In this document: positions 10,698-21,263 of the stretch, piece after piece
Layout of the letters: each line of letters begins with the position of its first letter
Numbering within the stretch: the stretch's first letter is position 1
NCBI GenBank assembly: GCA_035603415.1
Contig: DATNKL010000010.1
Coordinates: forward strand, 16,192-80,191
Source of the DNA: Candidatus Acidiferrales bacterium
GTDB taxonomy: Bacteria; Acidobacteriota; Terriglobia; Acidiferrales; UBA7541
Length of the DNA: 64,000 bases
Reading direction: 5' to 3'
Translations under genes and position numbers: made by a program
The notes under the pieces: generated by a model
Databases searched by the model: none
The model's input: only the letters and a program-made list of their open reading frames with translations
What the model was told of the DNA's origin: nothing

Positions 10698-11612
10698 GTG
10701 ACCGAGCCTAAGATCGATTCAAATACGGAGCCACGAATTTATCTGGGCACCTCTGCATTTACCGCGGCCGGCTGGCAAGGCACTTTCTACCCGCCAGAAA
10801 TAAAATCCAAGGATTTTCTCTCCTTCTACGCGCAGCATTTTGACACCGTAGAAGTGAACTCCACTCTCTACGGTTGCCCATCCCCGCGCACCGTGGAAAA
10901 CTGGGCCGCCAAAACTCCCGCCAATTTTATTTTTTCCATCAAGACCCCTCGATCCATCACCCACGATAAAATTCTCGCGAACTGTGACGCCGAACTCGAA
11001 GAATTTCTCACCACCATGGAAATTCTCGGCCCCAAGCTGGGACCAATCTTGTTCCAGTTCCCGCAGTTCAGCCCCGGCGTCTTTGCCGACCGCCACGCCT
11101 TCACCGCCCGCCTCATCCCCTTCCTCAATAAATTGCCCGCCGGCCGCAAGTACGCCATCGAGATTCGCAATCCAGAATGGCTTGACGCCGAATTCGCCGA
11201 TCTCCTCAAGCAACACCAAATCGTGCTGGCCCTGCCCGATCTCCCGTACATGCTGCGCCCACAAGAACTCGTCCAAAAATTTGATCCCATTACCGCCGGT
11301 TGGACCTACATCCGCTGGCTCGGCGATCGCAAAGGCATCGAGCTGCAAACGCTAACCTGGGACAAAATTATCGTGGACCGCACCGCGGAATTAACCAGCT
11401 GGGTCGATTTCTGCTACCAGATCAAAAGGCGCGGCATCACCGTCTACGCCTACGCAAATAATCATTACGCGGGCCACGGACCCGCAACCATCAGGCAATT
11501 CCGCGACTTGTGGCGCAAAAAAGGATTCCCGCCATTGCCCGAGCCACAGCCGTCAACACCACCGCCAAGTCCTGGGCCGCCGTCAAAACAGCAGCCTTCG
11601 CTGTTCGATTAG
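10698..11612 (+). CDS. DUF72 (YecE-like) protein
   Basis: IYLGTS, W.GTFYP, FDTVEVNSTLY, ITH, LGPILFQFP, YAIEIR, YIRWLG and YANNH; GTG at 10698 is the likely start. Confidence 0.88.
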   Translation: MTEPKIDSNTEPRIYLGTSAFTAAGWQGTFYPPEIKSKDFLSFYAQHFDTVEVNSTLYGCPSPRTVENWAAKTPANFIFSIKTPRSITHDKILANCDAELEEFLTTMEILGPKLGPILFQFPQFSPGVFADRHAFTARLIPFLNKLPAGRKYAIEIRNPEWLDAEFADLLKQHQIVLALPDLPYMLRPQELVQKFDPITAGWTYIRWLGDRKGIELQTLTWDKIIVDRTAELTSWVDFCYQIKRRGITVYAYANNHYAGHGPATIRQFRDLWRKKGFPPLPEPQPSTPPPSPGPPSKQQPSLFD

Positions 11613-11633
11613 TGCACAGCTCCGCGTTGTTCT

Positions 11634-13553
11634 CTAGTTCAGTCCCGCGTGCTTCAGCGCCAGCTCGTACCGCGAATCCCCGTGCAGGTTTTCCCATTGG
11701 GCATCAACCTTCAGGTACTCTGCCCACAGATCGTGGTATTCCAACGCCCGCTCCAAAAACGAGAAGGCCCGGTCCTTATCTCCCAGCCTGGCGTACAGTG
11801 ACGCAGTCTCTAAAGCGGCTTCGGGTTTGTCTTCCAGCTTTCCACCCATCTCCGCGATCCGGGACTTCCAATACCCCCGCACCCCTTCCGACTTATATCT
11901 CTGCCGAAGTGCGTTTGTGTGTTCAACGCTATTGCCAAACTGCGCTGCGATGATCGTTCTCTGCGCAATCACTTCGTCAAAACGTCCCGCCTGCTCCAGC
12001 GAATGTATTAAAAAAGTGCGCGCTACCGGAAACGCCGGATCTGTGGCCAACACTTTCTGGTACTCCGCGATGGACTCGTCGTTTTTCCCCGCGAAGTAAA
12101 GCGCCTTCCCGATAAAAGTAGCGATGATCGGAGACAACGGATCAAGCTCCTGTGCTTTCTTCATTTCCGCCATGGCCTCATCGTGCCTCCCCATCGCCAT
12201 CAGGAACGTCGCGTAGTAATGATGCCCTGTGGAGTAGTTAGCGTTTAACGCTATGGCTCGCTTATATTCCGATTCCGCCAGCACCCAGTTTCTTTCATAC
12301 GTCGAACTGATTTGCGCCAGCGAAGTGTGCGCTTCGGCCAGCGAGTCATCCAGCTCCAACGCCTTCAACGCCGCGGCCTTCGCTTTGAACATTCCTTCGT
12401 TCATCGAAACATTCCCCGATACGGCTCTCACAAAGTACGAATCGGCCAGCCCTGCATAAGCCAGCGCATTTCCAGGATCGGCGTCGATCGCTTGTTCAAA
12501 GTAAGTGATGCCTCGTTTCAGGTCCTCCGGGAAACGTCTATTCCAGTAATATCTGCCGCGCAGGTAGGTCTGCCAAGCTTCAAAATTCTCGGTATAGCGC
12601 TTGCGCAATAGCACTTGCTGCTGGCTATTGAGTCGCCTCTCCAGTCGGACTGCTATCTCACGCGCGATCTCTTCCTGCACGCTAGGGATGTCGGAGACTT
12701 GGCGGTCGTACTGCCCGCCCCAGATGTGCGTTCCATCGGCAGTGTCCACCAATTCTGCAATTACGCGCATGCAGTCGCCCCGAAAATCAATTCTGCCGGT
12801 CATAACGCTGCGCACGCCGAGCTCCCTGCCAACTTGCCGAGGATCCAATTGCCGTCCTCGATACGGTAAAACCGAACGCAGCGAAATCACTTTTAGATCG
12901 CCCAGTGCCGACAAATGATCGATGGCGCTTTCCGTAATGCCTTCCGCCAAATAGCCGGTTTCCGCAGCGCCCGAAATTTCCTCGAAGGGCAAAACCGCGA
13001 TGGAATCTATGGTTCTTTTAGCGGGGCTGCTTGCAAAGGAATGTTCCCAGACATAGAAGGCGAGCACACAGGCTACAGCCGCTGCGGTGATTGTCGCGGC
13101 CCAAATCCTCGATTTTCTCGAGGTCCGCTCTTCTGGAATCGCCCGCGATTCGGGGATCGTCCGCGAACCGGGTGACGTCTCAGGCAGCCCAATCTGCGAC
13201 GCAACGTCGGCAGACGCTACCTTTTCCACCGTGCCAATAAAGCGGTACCCCCGGCGCGCCACGGTATCGATGTACTTCGGTTTCTCGGCCGAGTCATACA
13301 GAGCTTCGCGAAGCCGGGCCACCGCACTGTTTAGTCCGTGATCAAAGTCTACAAAGGTGTCCGCTGGCCACAGCTGTTCGCGAAGTTCTTCCCGCGTGAC
13401 TATCTCACCCGGCCGCTCCAACAGCATCGTCAACACCTTAAACGGCTGCTCCTGAAGCCTTAACCGGTGCCCCGCCTTATACAGTTCTGCCGCACGAAAA
13501 TCCACGAAGTACGATCCGAATCGCACTTGGGGCCCGGATGATAACCGTGGCAT
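11634..13553 (-). CDS. CadC/ToxR-like winged-helix regulator with a TM, a TolB-N-like domain and TPR repeats
   Basis: LQEQPFKVL...LRE.LWP..TFVDFDHGLN.AVARLREAL...YIDTVARRGYRF, then a TM, SIAVLPF and TPRs. Confidence 0.9.
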   Translation of the reverse strand: MPRLSSGPQVRFGSYFVDFRAAELYKAGHRLRLQEQPFKVLTMLLERPGEIVTREELREQLWPADTFVDFDHGLNSAVARLREALYDSAEKPKYIDTVARRGYRFIGTVEKVASADVASQIGLPETSPGSRTIPESRAIPEERTSRKSRIWAATITAAAVACVLAFYVWEHSFASSPAKRTIDSIAVLPFEEISGAAETGYLAEGITESAIDHLSALGDLKVISLRSVLPYRGRQLDPRQVGRELGVRSVMTGRIDFRGDCMRVIAELVDTADGTHIWGGQYDRQVSDIPSVQEEIAREIAVRLERRLNSQQQVLLRKRYTENFEAWQTYLRGRYYWNRRFPEDLKRGITYFEQAIDADPGNALAYAGLADSYFVRAVSGNVSMNEGMFKAKAAALKALELDDSLAEAHTSLAQISSTYERNWVLAESEYKRAIALNANYSTGHHYYATFLMAMGRHDEAMAEMKKAQELDPLSPIIATFIGKALYFAGKNDESIAEYQKVLATDPAFPVARTFLIHSLEQAGRFDEVIAQRTIIAAQFGNSVEHTNALRQRYKSEGVRGYWKSRIAEMGGKLEDKPEAALETASLYARLGDKDRAFSFLERALEYHDLWAEYLKVDAQWENLHGDSRYELALKHAGLN

Positions 13554-13800
13554 GGGGGGGCAACTTTGAAGGAAGTCTATCACCAAAGCCCGATATCGCC
13601 GTCAACCCGTTTTTTCTTCTTCCTGCCAGTCTTCATTATTTTCATTGTTTCGAACGACTTTGCTCGTGTACTACTCGTGTTCGCCATTGCATTGCTTTGA
13701 TTTGTGCCTTAGCGCACATTCGCGCCCACAAAGTGAAGGATGCGAGGTCCGGCGCGTTGCCCGGCGCCCTGATGTCCCTCATTTCCTAGGAGGAGTTAAC

Positions 13801-14313
13801 GTGACGCGAAAATACAAAGCTGGAATTGTGTTCACAATTGCATTAGGAGTGGCCGGAGCCCTAATTTTCCATTCAGGCCGCAATGCACTTCAATTCGTTT
13901 CGTCCGTGCAAGCTGGCGGCGTTGCCCGGCCGGATTTCTCGATAGCGACCTGCACTTCGGAGACGCTGGAAGGGAGCTATGCCATCACCACCACCGGATC
14001 GATTGTTTCGCTCGGGCCGGTCGGGCTGGTCGCCGAAGTCGGAGTAATCAAGTTCGACGGCGATGTCGGCGTCGAGCAAACCACTACGGTTAGTCTGAAC
14101 GGCACCATTATTCCGAACCGAACATCTCAAGGCACCTACGTCGTCAATCCCGATTGCACCGGAACGATAACGCTGACTTTGCCGCCACCCGCGGGCGCTT
14201 CTAATTTGCGTTTTGTCATTCTCGATCACGGAGACGAGTTGCGGATCATAAATACAGGCACCGGTCGCGTGTTGGTTTCGGATGCCAAGAGACAACACAT
14301 CCGAAGATGGTAG
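13801..14313 (+). CDS. Secreted or membrane-anchored beta-rich hypothetical protein
   Basis: AGGAGG RBS, GTG start, N-terminal hydrophobic segment, CTSETLEGSY and GTYVVNPDCTG. Confidence 0.7.
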   Translation: MTRKYKAGIVFTIALGVAGALIFHSGRNALQFVSSVQAGGVARPDFSIATCTSETLEGSYAITTTGSIVSLGPVGLVAEVGVIKFDGDVGVEQTTTVSLNGTIIPNRTSQGTYVVNPDCTGTITLTLPPPAGASNLRFVILDHGDELRIINTGTGRVLVSDAKRQHIRRW

Positions 14314-14321
14314 TCGAGGCT

Positions 14322-14372
14322 GAATGGGAGACTCCTGGATCAGCCTCTCCCAAGAGGAAGGGTCTCTCATTC
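14322..14372. terminator. Imperfect hairpin between convergent genes
   Basis: GAATGGGAGAC...GTCTCTCATTC arms. Confidence 0.35.
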
Positions 14373-14411
14373 ATTTCTGCATTATGAAAACGTAAACCAC
14401 TGCAGACAAAA

Positions 14412-17400
14412 TTACGGCTGCACCGTCGGTCCGTAACTCAAGGGCTCGCCTGTCTTCGGCACATCGTAATTATTCCAGAACCACAGCGGCTCCAGTTTTT
14501 TCTTGTCCGGCCACACCTGATCCAGCGTGTCGCCTTCGAATAATTCGCCATTCTTCATCACCCAGCGAATCGTATTTGTGTTGTGAATATCCTCGAGCGG
14601 ATTCTTATCAAAAATCACCAGGTCCGCCAATTTCCCCGCCTCAATCGAACCCAGATCCTCCGGACGTCCCACAATTTTCGCTCCATTAGAAGTCGCGCAA
14701 CGCAAAACTTCTATCGGCGTCATTCCACCGCTGGCCAGCATCCACATCTCCCAGTGGTAGCCCAAGCCTTGTAGCTGTCCATGACTTCCCACGCCTATCA
14801 ACCCGCCGGCACGCTCAAGTTTCGCCACCTGCGCCGATAGTTTTGGAAACGCGTATTCGTCTTTGCGGAACCATCCCGGCCGTCTCTTCGTTTTCTCATC
14901 AATAATTCTGTGCGGCGTAAAGTGGTTCAACTTCGCGTTGTCGTGCACTTCCGTGCTTTCGTACCAATAATCCTCGCCAAACGGCCCGCCATAATTCACG
15001 ATCAGCGTGGGCGTCTCCGCGATCCCCGACTGCGCGAACATCTGAATCACATCCTTATACAGCGGCGTGACCGGCAAAGTGTGCTCGTTGCCGTGGAAGC
15101 CGTCGATCACATGCGTCAGGTCCAGCTTTAGATCGATCCCGCCCTCCGTAGTCGGCATCATCTCCAGCTCTTTTGCGGCCTGCACCATGTACTGCCGCTG
15201 TCGGCGATTGCCCACGATGTAGCTCTTGATGTTGCGCGTGCCGTAATATTTTCTATATTTCGTCAGCACCCCCTTTACTTCTTCCATGGACTGAAAATTA
15301 TTGTCGGAAAAAACCCCCGGCCCGGTAGAAAAAGCGCGCAACCCGATAATGTCCCCGCTGTCCGCCAAATCCTGATACGCAAACGTGTCGTTCGTGAACG
15401 TCTGCACGTCCAGCCCCGCAGTCACTCCGTATGCCAGGTTGGCCAGGAAAGCCCAGTTTTGCGTATCCAAAATGCCACGCCGAATTTCCGTCCAGTGCGC
15501 ATGCGTATCGATAAATCCGGGCGAGATCGTCTTGCCCCGCACATCAAAAATCTTCGCCCCGGCCGGAGCACTGCCGCGCGCCCCCACACTCTTGACGCGA
15601 TTGTCTTCGACCACAATGTCGGCATTCTTCAGAACTTCGTCGCCCTTCATGGTCACCACCGTGGCGCCGCGCAAAACGATGCTGCCCTTCGGCGTTTTCC
15701 TGGGAACTTCCAGCGTCACCGCGATTTCTTCGACGTCCTTCTCCTCTTCTTTTAATTTCTTGGGCTCTTTCTTCTCCTCTTTCTTGGCATCCTTTTTATC
15801 GTCTTTTTTCGCGGCCTCGCCTTGCTGCCCCACACCATCTTTCTTATCGCTCTCCTTTGCGTCCTTCGCGTCTCCGTCTTTCTTGTCCGCGTCCTTTTTA
15901 TCTTCGTCTTTCTTTTCATCTTTCGGCGGTTCGAACGAAATCGCGCTCAATGGCTCGCGAAACAAACTCGCCCCCACCGCCCACGTAATAGTCTTCCCAT
16001 CATCCGCCCACGCGAAATAATCCGCCCCAATATCCGTCAAGCGCTTCACCGGCACTGCCGGCGTACTCACGTTCACCGTCGGCGCTTCTCCTCCCACCGC
16101 CGGCATGGCGATCAAATAAAGCTGATTCATCACGTGCGCCAGCACCCATTGCCCATCGGGACTAGCCTGCACATTCTCAGCCGGAATCGGCTCTTCAAAA
16201 AAATACAGCCCTTGCCCCTTCACCTGCAGGTGCGTCCGGCGATCCGTTCCGTCGTACCGCAGCGACATCAGCCCCTGCGGCGTGTACACGTAAATGCGAT
16301 CCTTCTCATGCGTAAAATGCGGCCCACCCGCTCCGCGCGCCGGCAAAATTAAATTCGCTTCCCCGCCTTCTGAGGGAATCCACACCAGATCGGCGTTGCC
16401 CGTTTGACCGCCATCAAACTCGCTATTCTCGCGGTCATACGCATTTCCGCGCAGCGCCACAATTTTCGACCCATCCGGCGACCATGCCGGATTGCTGTAC
16501 ACCGCCAGCGACTTTGACAATTGCACCGCCGTGCCGCCACTCGCCGGCACCTTCCACAATTGCCCGCCTTCGCTCGACCACGTCACATAAGCAATGAATT
16601 TTCCATCCGGCGACCATGCCGGTTGAAATTCATGCCCATTGCCGCTGGTCAATCGCTGCGGTTGCCCGTGCGGCAAATCCATGGTGTACAGGTGCGTCAT
16701 CGCTGAAAACGCCAGCCTCTTGCTGTCCGGCGACTCCACCGGATCCATGATCAAGCGCACCTTCACTGCCCCTTGCTCCACTCGCTGCGGAAAATCCAGC
16801 TTCGGTCCAACGTCCTGCGAAACCTGGGCTGTGAACGGAATTATTTTTTCGTTGCCGCTCGCCAAATCGAGCCGCCGGATTTTTCCGTCCTGGTTGTAGA
16901 CAATTTCTTTTCCGCCCGGCAGAAAGGCAAATCCGGGAAATACGTCACGCGTAAATCGCGATTCCTGCTCGTCGCGCGTCACCGGATATTTCACCCAGTG
17001 ATCTTCGCCCGTTTCCAGATTGCGCAGCCGCAAACCTGTTTCCGTTTCGTAACGCGTCACGTACACCAGCTGCTTTCCGTCCGGCGACAATGTCGGCCGA
17101 AACGCGCTTTCCGGTTGCGAGATGATCTCGTCTTCATCGCCGGTCTTCCGGTCTCGCCGCACGATCTTCCATAGCGGTAGCTGCGCGTTATAACTGAACG
17201 GCCCCTGCCGCACCGCGTAATACAAATATTTTCCGTCCGGCGAAGCTGCCACGCCCATCGCGTTATGCCGTTCTTTGCGCGGTGTCGTGGGCGTCGGCTT
17301 GGACTTGGTGATTTGCACCCCTGTCCCGCCCTCCATGTGAAACATCCACAGCTCGTTCGCTCCGATACCGAACGGCATCTTCGACGCCACAATGTATTTC

Positions 17401-17969
17401 CCGTCAGGCGTCCATGCCGGCGACGTGAAATCGTCGGCCGTGTTTTTGGAAACCTGCTTCACCCCACTGCCATCCGGATGAATGATCCAGATGTTTTCGC
17501 TGCCTTCGCGGTCGGAAATAAATGTAATCCACTGCCCATCCGGAGAAAATCTCGGCTGGCTGTCGAATGCCATCCCGCCGGAAATCAACTTGGCCTGCCC
17601 GCCCTCAATCGGCAAAGTGTAGAGGTCGCCCATCAACTCAAACACAATAGTTTTTCCATCCCGCGAAACATCCAGCGATAACCACGTTCCCTCGTCGGTC
17701 GTAAACGTGATTTTCCGGTCCGGCTTCAGTGGCAATCCCTTCTTCTCGTCTTTCTTGTCATCCTTCTTTTCGTCTTTCTTCTCATCTTTCTTATCTTTGT
17801 CTTGCCCTTGATCCTGCTTCGTGTCCCCATCCGCCAGTTGCCCATAGCCCGTCGGAACACCCCTCCGCGAAGCTTCTGCGCCAACTCCCGGCGCGCACAC
17901 CCCAATGACCAGACCCGCAATCCCCAGCCAAATCGCAAACGCACACACCCCCGATTGCTTGGCAATCAT
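14412..17969 (-). CDS. Secreted protein with TolB-like (PD40) beta-propellers fused to an amidohydrolase domain
   Basis: Signal peptide, repeated SPDG motifs, PGFIDTHAH, GSHGQLQG and GSIEAGKLADLVI; two K/D/E-rich linkers. Confidence 0.88.
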   Translation of the reverse strand: MIAKQSGVCAFAIWLGIAGLVIGVCAPGVGAEASRRGVPTGYGQLADGDTKQDQGQDKDKKDEKKDEKKDDKKDEKKGLPLKPDRKITFTTDEGTWLSLDVSRDGKTIVFELMGDLYTLPIEGGQAKLISGGMAFDSQPRFSPDGQWITFISDREGSENIWIIHPDGSGVKQVSKNTADDFTSPAWTPDGKYIVASKMPFGIGANELWMFHMEGGTGVQITKSKPTPTTPRKERHNAMGVAASPDGKYLYYAVRQGPFSYNAQLPLWKIVRRDRKTGDEDEIISQPESAFRPTLSPDGKQLVYVTRYETETGLRLRNLETGEDHWVKYPVTRDEQESRFTRDVFPGFAFLPGGKEIVYNQDGKIRRLDLASGNEKIIPFTAQVSQDVGPKLDFPQRVEQGAVKVRLIMDPVESPDSKRLAFSAMTHLYTMDLPHGQPQRLTSGNGHEFQPAWSPDGKFIAYVTWSSEGGQLWKVPASGGTAVQLSKSLAVYSNPAWSPDGSKIVALRGNAYDRENSEFDGGQTGNADLVWIPSEGGEANLILPARGAGGPHFTHEKDRIYVYTPQGLMSLRYDGTDRRTHLQVKGQGLYFFEEPIPAENVQASPDGQWVLAHVMNQLYLIAMPAVGGEAPTVNVSTPAVPVKRLTDIGADYFAWADDGKTITWAVGASLFREPLSAISFEPPKDEKKDEDKKDADKKDGDAKDAKESDKKDGVGQQGEAAKKDDKKDAKKEEKKEPKKLKEEEKDVEEIAVTLEVPRKTPKGSIVLRGATVVTMKGDEVLKNADIVVEDNRVKSVGARGSAPAGAKIFDVRGKTISPGFIDTHAHWTEIRRGILDTQNWAFLANLAYGVTAGLDVQTFTNDTFAYQDLADSGDIIGLRAFSTGPGVFSDNNFQSMEEVKGVLTKYRKYYGTRNIKSYIVGNRRQRQYMVQAAKELEMMPTTEGGIDLKLDLTHVIDGFHGNEHTLPVTPLYKDVIQMFAQSGIAETPTLIVNYGGPFGEDYWYESTEVHDNAKLNHFTPHRIIDEKTKRRPGWFRKDEYAFPKLSAQVAKLERAGGLIGVGSHGQLQGLGYHWEMWMLASGGMTPIEVLRCATSNGAKIVGRPEDLGSIEAGKLADLVIFDKNPLEDIHNTNTIRWVMKNGELFEGDTLDQVWPDKKKLEPLWFWNNYDVPKTGEPLSYGPTVQP

Positions 17970-18208
17970 CCTTGGTATTCCTCCATTGCTGATTTGACGT
18001 GTGAAACTCGATTCGCGCTTTATCTAGCGGCTATTCAGTGCCGCCGCGCAATTTCGCGCCCGAAACCACAAAGCCCGGCATCATAACTCGCCACCCCACT
18101 CTTTGGGAATCCCATCATCTCTTATGTCTTCGTGGTTCCTCCCACACTCAGTACAATTAATCAGCTCCAGTTATTTCGACGCCAAGCCGGGGAGGACCAA
18201 AACTGCAC

Positions 18209-19387
18209 ATGCACACCTTGGAAGTAGCGGCCGCCGGCCCTCTAACCATTGCTCCGCAGGAATCCCCCGATCTTTTGGATCTGTCGCTCGTTCTTCCCAC
18301 CTATAACGAAAGCGCGCACGTCGACGCGATCGTCGAGCAACTCATCGCCGTGCTGGATGGCATCTCCGCACTCAGGTACGAAATTATTATCGTCGACGAC
18401 GACAGTCCCGATCGCACCTGGCAAAAAGCCCTGCAGTTGTCTTACAAGTTTCCGCAGGTGCGCGCCATTCGCCGCCAGGGCCAGCGCGATTTGTCTACCG
18501 CGGTTTTGTGTGGATGGCAGATCGCTCGGGGCGAGGTTTTTGCCGTGATGGACGCGGACCTGCAACATCCCCCGGAAACCATCCCCGCATTGTGGCGTGC
18601 CATGAAACGTGGCGCGGACCTCGCCGTCGCCAGCAGAAACATTGAAGGCGGTGGCGTCAGCGATTGGACCATTCCGCGCCGCATCGTTTCGCGTTGTGCC
18701 CAATTGCTGGGCCTGGTCGTGCTCCCCGAGGTCACTGGAAAAGTCAGCGACCCCCTGAGCGGTTATTTCATGGTGCGGCGTTCTTCATTGGAGGGCCGCG
18801 AGCTGCATCCGCTGGGATACAAAATCCTCGTGGAAGTGCTGGCCCGCGGGGAAATACAAAAAATCTCGGAGGTGCCTTATGTCTTCCGTGAAACCCCCGA
18901 GCGCGGCAGCAAGCATTCGCCCGCGGTTTTGGCCCAATACCTCCAGCACCTCAGCCGTATTCGCATTCATCTGCTGAAGACTTCTCCCTTCGTGCGCTTT
19001 TGCATCGTGGGCGCCAGCGGAACCTTGATCGACACCACCATGCTCTTTCTTTTAAGCGATCCACGCACCCTCAACTGGGGCCTGACCAGAAGCAAAATAA
19101 TTGCCGCTGAACTGGCCCTCGCGAATAATTTCATCTGGAACGATTTATGGACCTTCGGCAAATTCTCGATCCACCAGAACAGCCTTCGTCAGCGTGCCCG
19201 CCGTTTCCTCAAATTCAATCTGCTATGCTCGGTGGGCATCATTTTAAATCTCATTATCTTGAATATCGGCTTCAACGTATTCCATATGAACCGTTACATC
19301 GCCAATTTGTCTGCGATTTTCGTGGTCACTTTTTGGAACTATAATACCAACCGCAAACTTAGCTGGCGCACCACCGCAAAAGACTAG
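18209..19387 (+). CDS. GT2 polyprenol-phosphate glycosyltransferase (DPM1-like) fused to a GtrA-like domain
   Basis: LPTYNE, VDDDSPD, MDADLQHPP, SDPLSGYF and GYKIL; C-terminal RFCIVG, NNFIWN..WTF and WNY. Confidence 0.88.
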   Translation: MHTLEVAAAGPLTIAPQESPDLLDLSLVLPTYNESAHVDAIVEQLIAVLDGISALRYEIIIVDDDSPDRTWQKALQLSYKFPQVRAIRRQGQRDLSTAVLCGWQIARGEVFAVMDADLQHPPETIPALWRAMKRGADLAVASRNIEGGGVSDWTIPRRIVSRCAQLLGLVVLPEVTGKVSDPLSGYFMVRRSSLEGRELHPLGYKILVEVLARGEIQKISEVPYVFRETPERGSKHSPAVLAQYLQHLSRIRIHLLKTSPFVRFCIVGASGTLIDTTMLFLLSDPRTLNWGLTRSKIIAAELALANNFIWNDLWTFGKFSIHQNSLRQRARRFLKFNLLCSVGIILNLIILNIGFNVFHMNRYIANLSAIFVVTFWNYNTNRKLSWRTTAKD

Positions 19388-19399
19388 AAAATCATTTCC

Positions 19400-20869
19400 A
19401 TGACAAATTTGACGAAAAGCATTTGCAAGTTCGCTGTGCTGGTGTGCCTGGCGATAATCGCTGTGGCAGCAATCGACCTATCCGCTTTAGCCCAGTCCCA
19501 GGCTGGCGCCCCCACGCCACCAGCCGTCAATCAACTCGCCCACGACATTTTCCAGCAACTGGTGGAGATCAATACTACCGATTCCGTCGGTAACGTGACC
19601 ACCGCCGCGGAGGCCATGGCCAAACGGTTACTCGACGCAGGATTCACCGACCAAGACGTCATCGTTGCCGGCCCCAACGAAAAAAAGAAAAATGTTGTCG
19701 TGCGCTTTCGCGGCACCGGCAAGCGTAAGCCCATTTTATTTATTGGCCACCTCGATGTTGTGGAAGCCCGTCGCGAAGACTGGACCACCGACCCGTTCCA
19801 GTTCGTCGAAAAAGATGGATTTTTCTATGGACGCGGCACCAACGATATGAAAGCCGGCGACGCCCTGCTGGTCTCCACTTTCATTCGCCTCAAAAAGGAA
19901 GCCTACGTCCCCGATCGCGATTTAATTCTGGCCCTCACGGCCGACGAGGAAGGCGGCCATTTCAATGGCGTGGAATGGCTCCTCAAGGAACATCGCGACT
20001 GGGTCGTCGCCGAATATTGCATCAACCTCGATGGCGGAGAATTCGAAAAGCAAAATGGCAAACGTTTACTGGCCGCCATGCAGGGTAGCGAGAAAGTCTA
20101 CGCTGATTTCCAATTCGAATCTGTAAATCCCGGCGGTCACAGCTCCGAACCGGTCCGCGATAACGCCATTTACCATCTCGCTGGCGCATTGACGCGCTTG
20201 CGCGATTACGATTTTCCGGTCAAGGTCAACGAAATCACCGAAAATTATTTCGCGCGCACTGCCGAAATTTCTCCCGGCGAGTCCGCTGCGGATCTAAAAG
20301 CCGTGGCTAAAGATCCGCCCGACCAGGCCGCCGCCGCCCGTCTATCGCGAGAGCCTTATTTCAACACCCTGCTGCGCACCACTTGCGTGGCCACCATGCT
20401 GTCCGGTGGACACGCTCCCAACGCCTTGCCCCAAACCGCGCGCGCCAATGTGAATTGCAGAATTTTCCCTGGTGAAGATCCCCAGGACGTGCGCAACACT
20501 CTTGAGCGCGTGGCCGCCGATTCCAAAGTAAGTGTCACCTTGGTCCAGCAACTCGGCGTCGACGGCAAGCCTGTTCCCACCGCCACCGTGCCGCCTTCCG
20601 CGCTCCTTCCCGAAGTGGTCAAGGCCATGGAACAAACCCTAAATGAAACCTATCCCGGCGTCCCCCTGGTCCCCACCATGTCCGCGGGCGCCAGCGACGG
20701 CAAATTCACCCGCACCGCCGGAATCCCCACCTTCGGAATCGCGTGCATGTTCTTTGAGCTCGGCGACAACCGCGCCCACGGAAAAGATGAACGCATCGCT
20801 GCTCAGGACTTCTACGACGGCGTCAACTTCACCTACAAATTAACCCGCGCCCTATCCGCATCAAATTAA
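19400..20869 (+). CDS. Secreted M20-family metallopeptidase
   Basis: GHLDVV, YGRGTNDMK, TADEEGG, GGHSS and AHGKDE. Confidence 0.9.
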   Translation: MTNLTKSICKFAVLVCLAIIAVAAIDLSALAQSQAGAPTPPAVNQLAHDIFQQLVEINTTDSVGNVTTAAEAMAKRLLDAGFTDQDVIVAGPNEKKKNVVVRFRGTGKRKPILFIGHLDVVEARREDWTTDPFQFVEKDGFFYGRGTNDMKAGDALLVSTFIRLKKEAYVPDRDLILALTADEEGGHFNGVEWLLKEHRDWVVAEYCINLDGGEFEKQNGKRLLAAMQGSEKVYADFQFESVNPGGHSSEPVRDNAIYHLAGALTRLRDYDFPVKVNEITENYFARTAEISPGESAADLKAVAKDPPDQAAAARLSREPYFNTLLRTTCVATMLSGGHAPNALPQTARANVNCRIFPGEDPQDVRNTLERVAADSKVSVTLVQQLGVDGKPVPTATVPPSALLPEVVKAMEQTLNETYPGVPLVPTMSAGASDGKFTRTAGIPTFGIACMFFELGDNRAHGKDERIAAQDFYDGVNFTYKLTRALSASN

Positions 20870-20963
20870 CCCCGCACTCGCCCGCACGGGAACGCCAAGA
20901 GCGGATCACTCTCGGGATCCAACATGGCGATTCGGTCGAATGAGTTGTAAAGTTTCCCGCGGG

Positions 20964-21209
20964 TTAAACGATTTCGCTGATCTTTTTATCCAGGTGGGCG
21001 AGGGCGGCTTCGAGGGATTTGCGGTGTTGCGGGTGGGTAGCCGATTCGAGGTCGTTAACAATCCTGATCCGGGAGAGCTGCAGATCCTTACGCTCCTGAT
21101 CCCGTCTCAACTGCTCGGCGGTTTTAGCCGCCGAAGTGGTTTTCTCTTGCTTGGCTTCCAGCAACTCAACCTGTGATTCTACGCCCTTGCTTTCCCATCC
21201 TCTGGCCAT
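20964..21209 (-). CDS. Small coiled-coil hypothetical protein
   Basis: MARGWESK.VE.Q N-terminus and helical composition; fills the gap between its neighbours. Confidence 0.7.
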   Translation of the reverse strand: MARGWESKGVESQVELLEAKQEKTTSAAKTAEQLRRDQERKDLQLSRIRIVNDLESATHPQHRKSLEAALAHLDKKISEIV

Positions 21210-21263
21210 AACGATATTTTGACATAATTCGCGCGTTCTGTGGATATTTTCCGCGAAAAAGTG

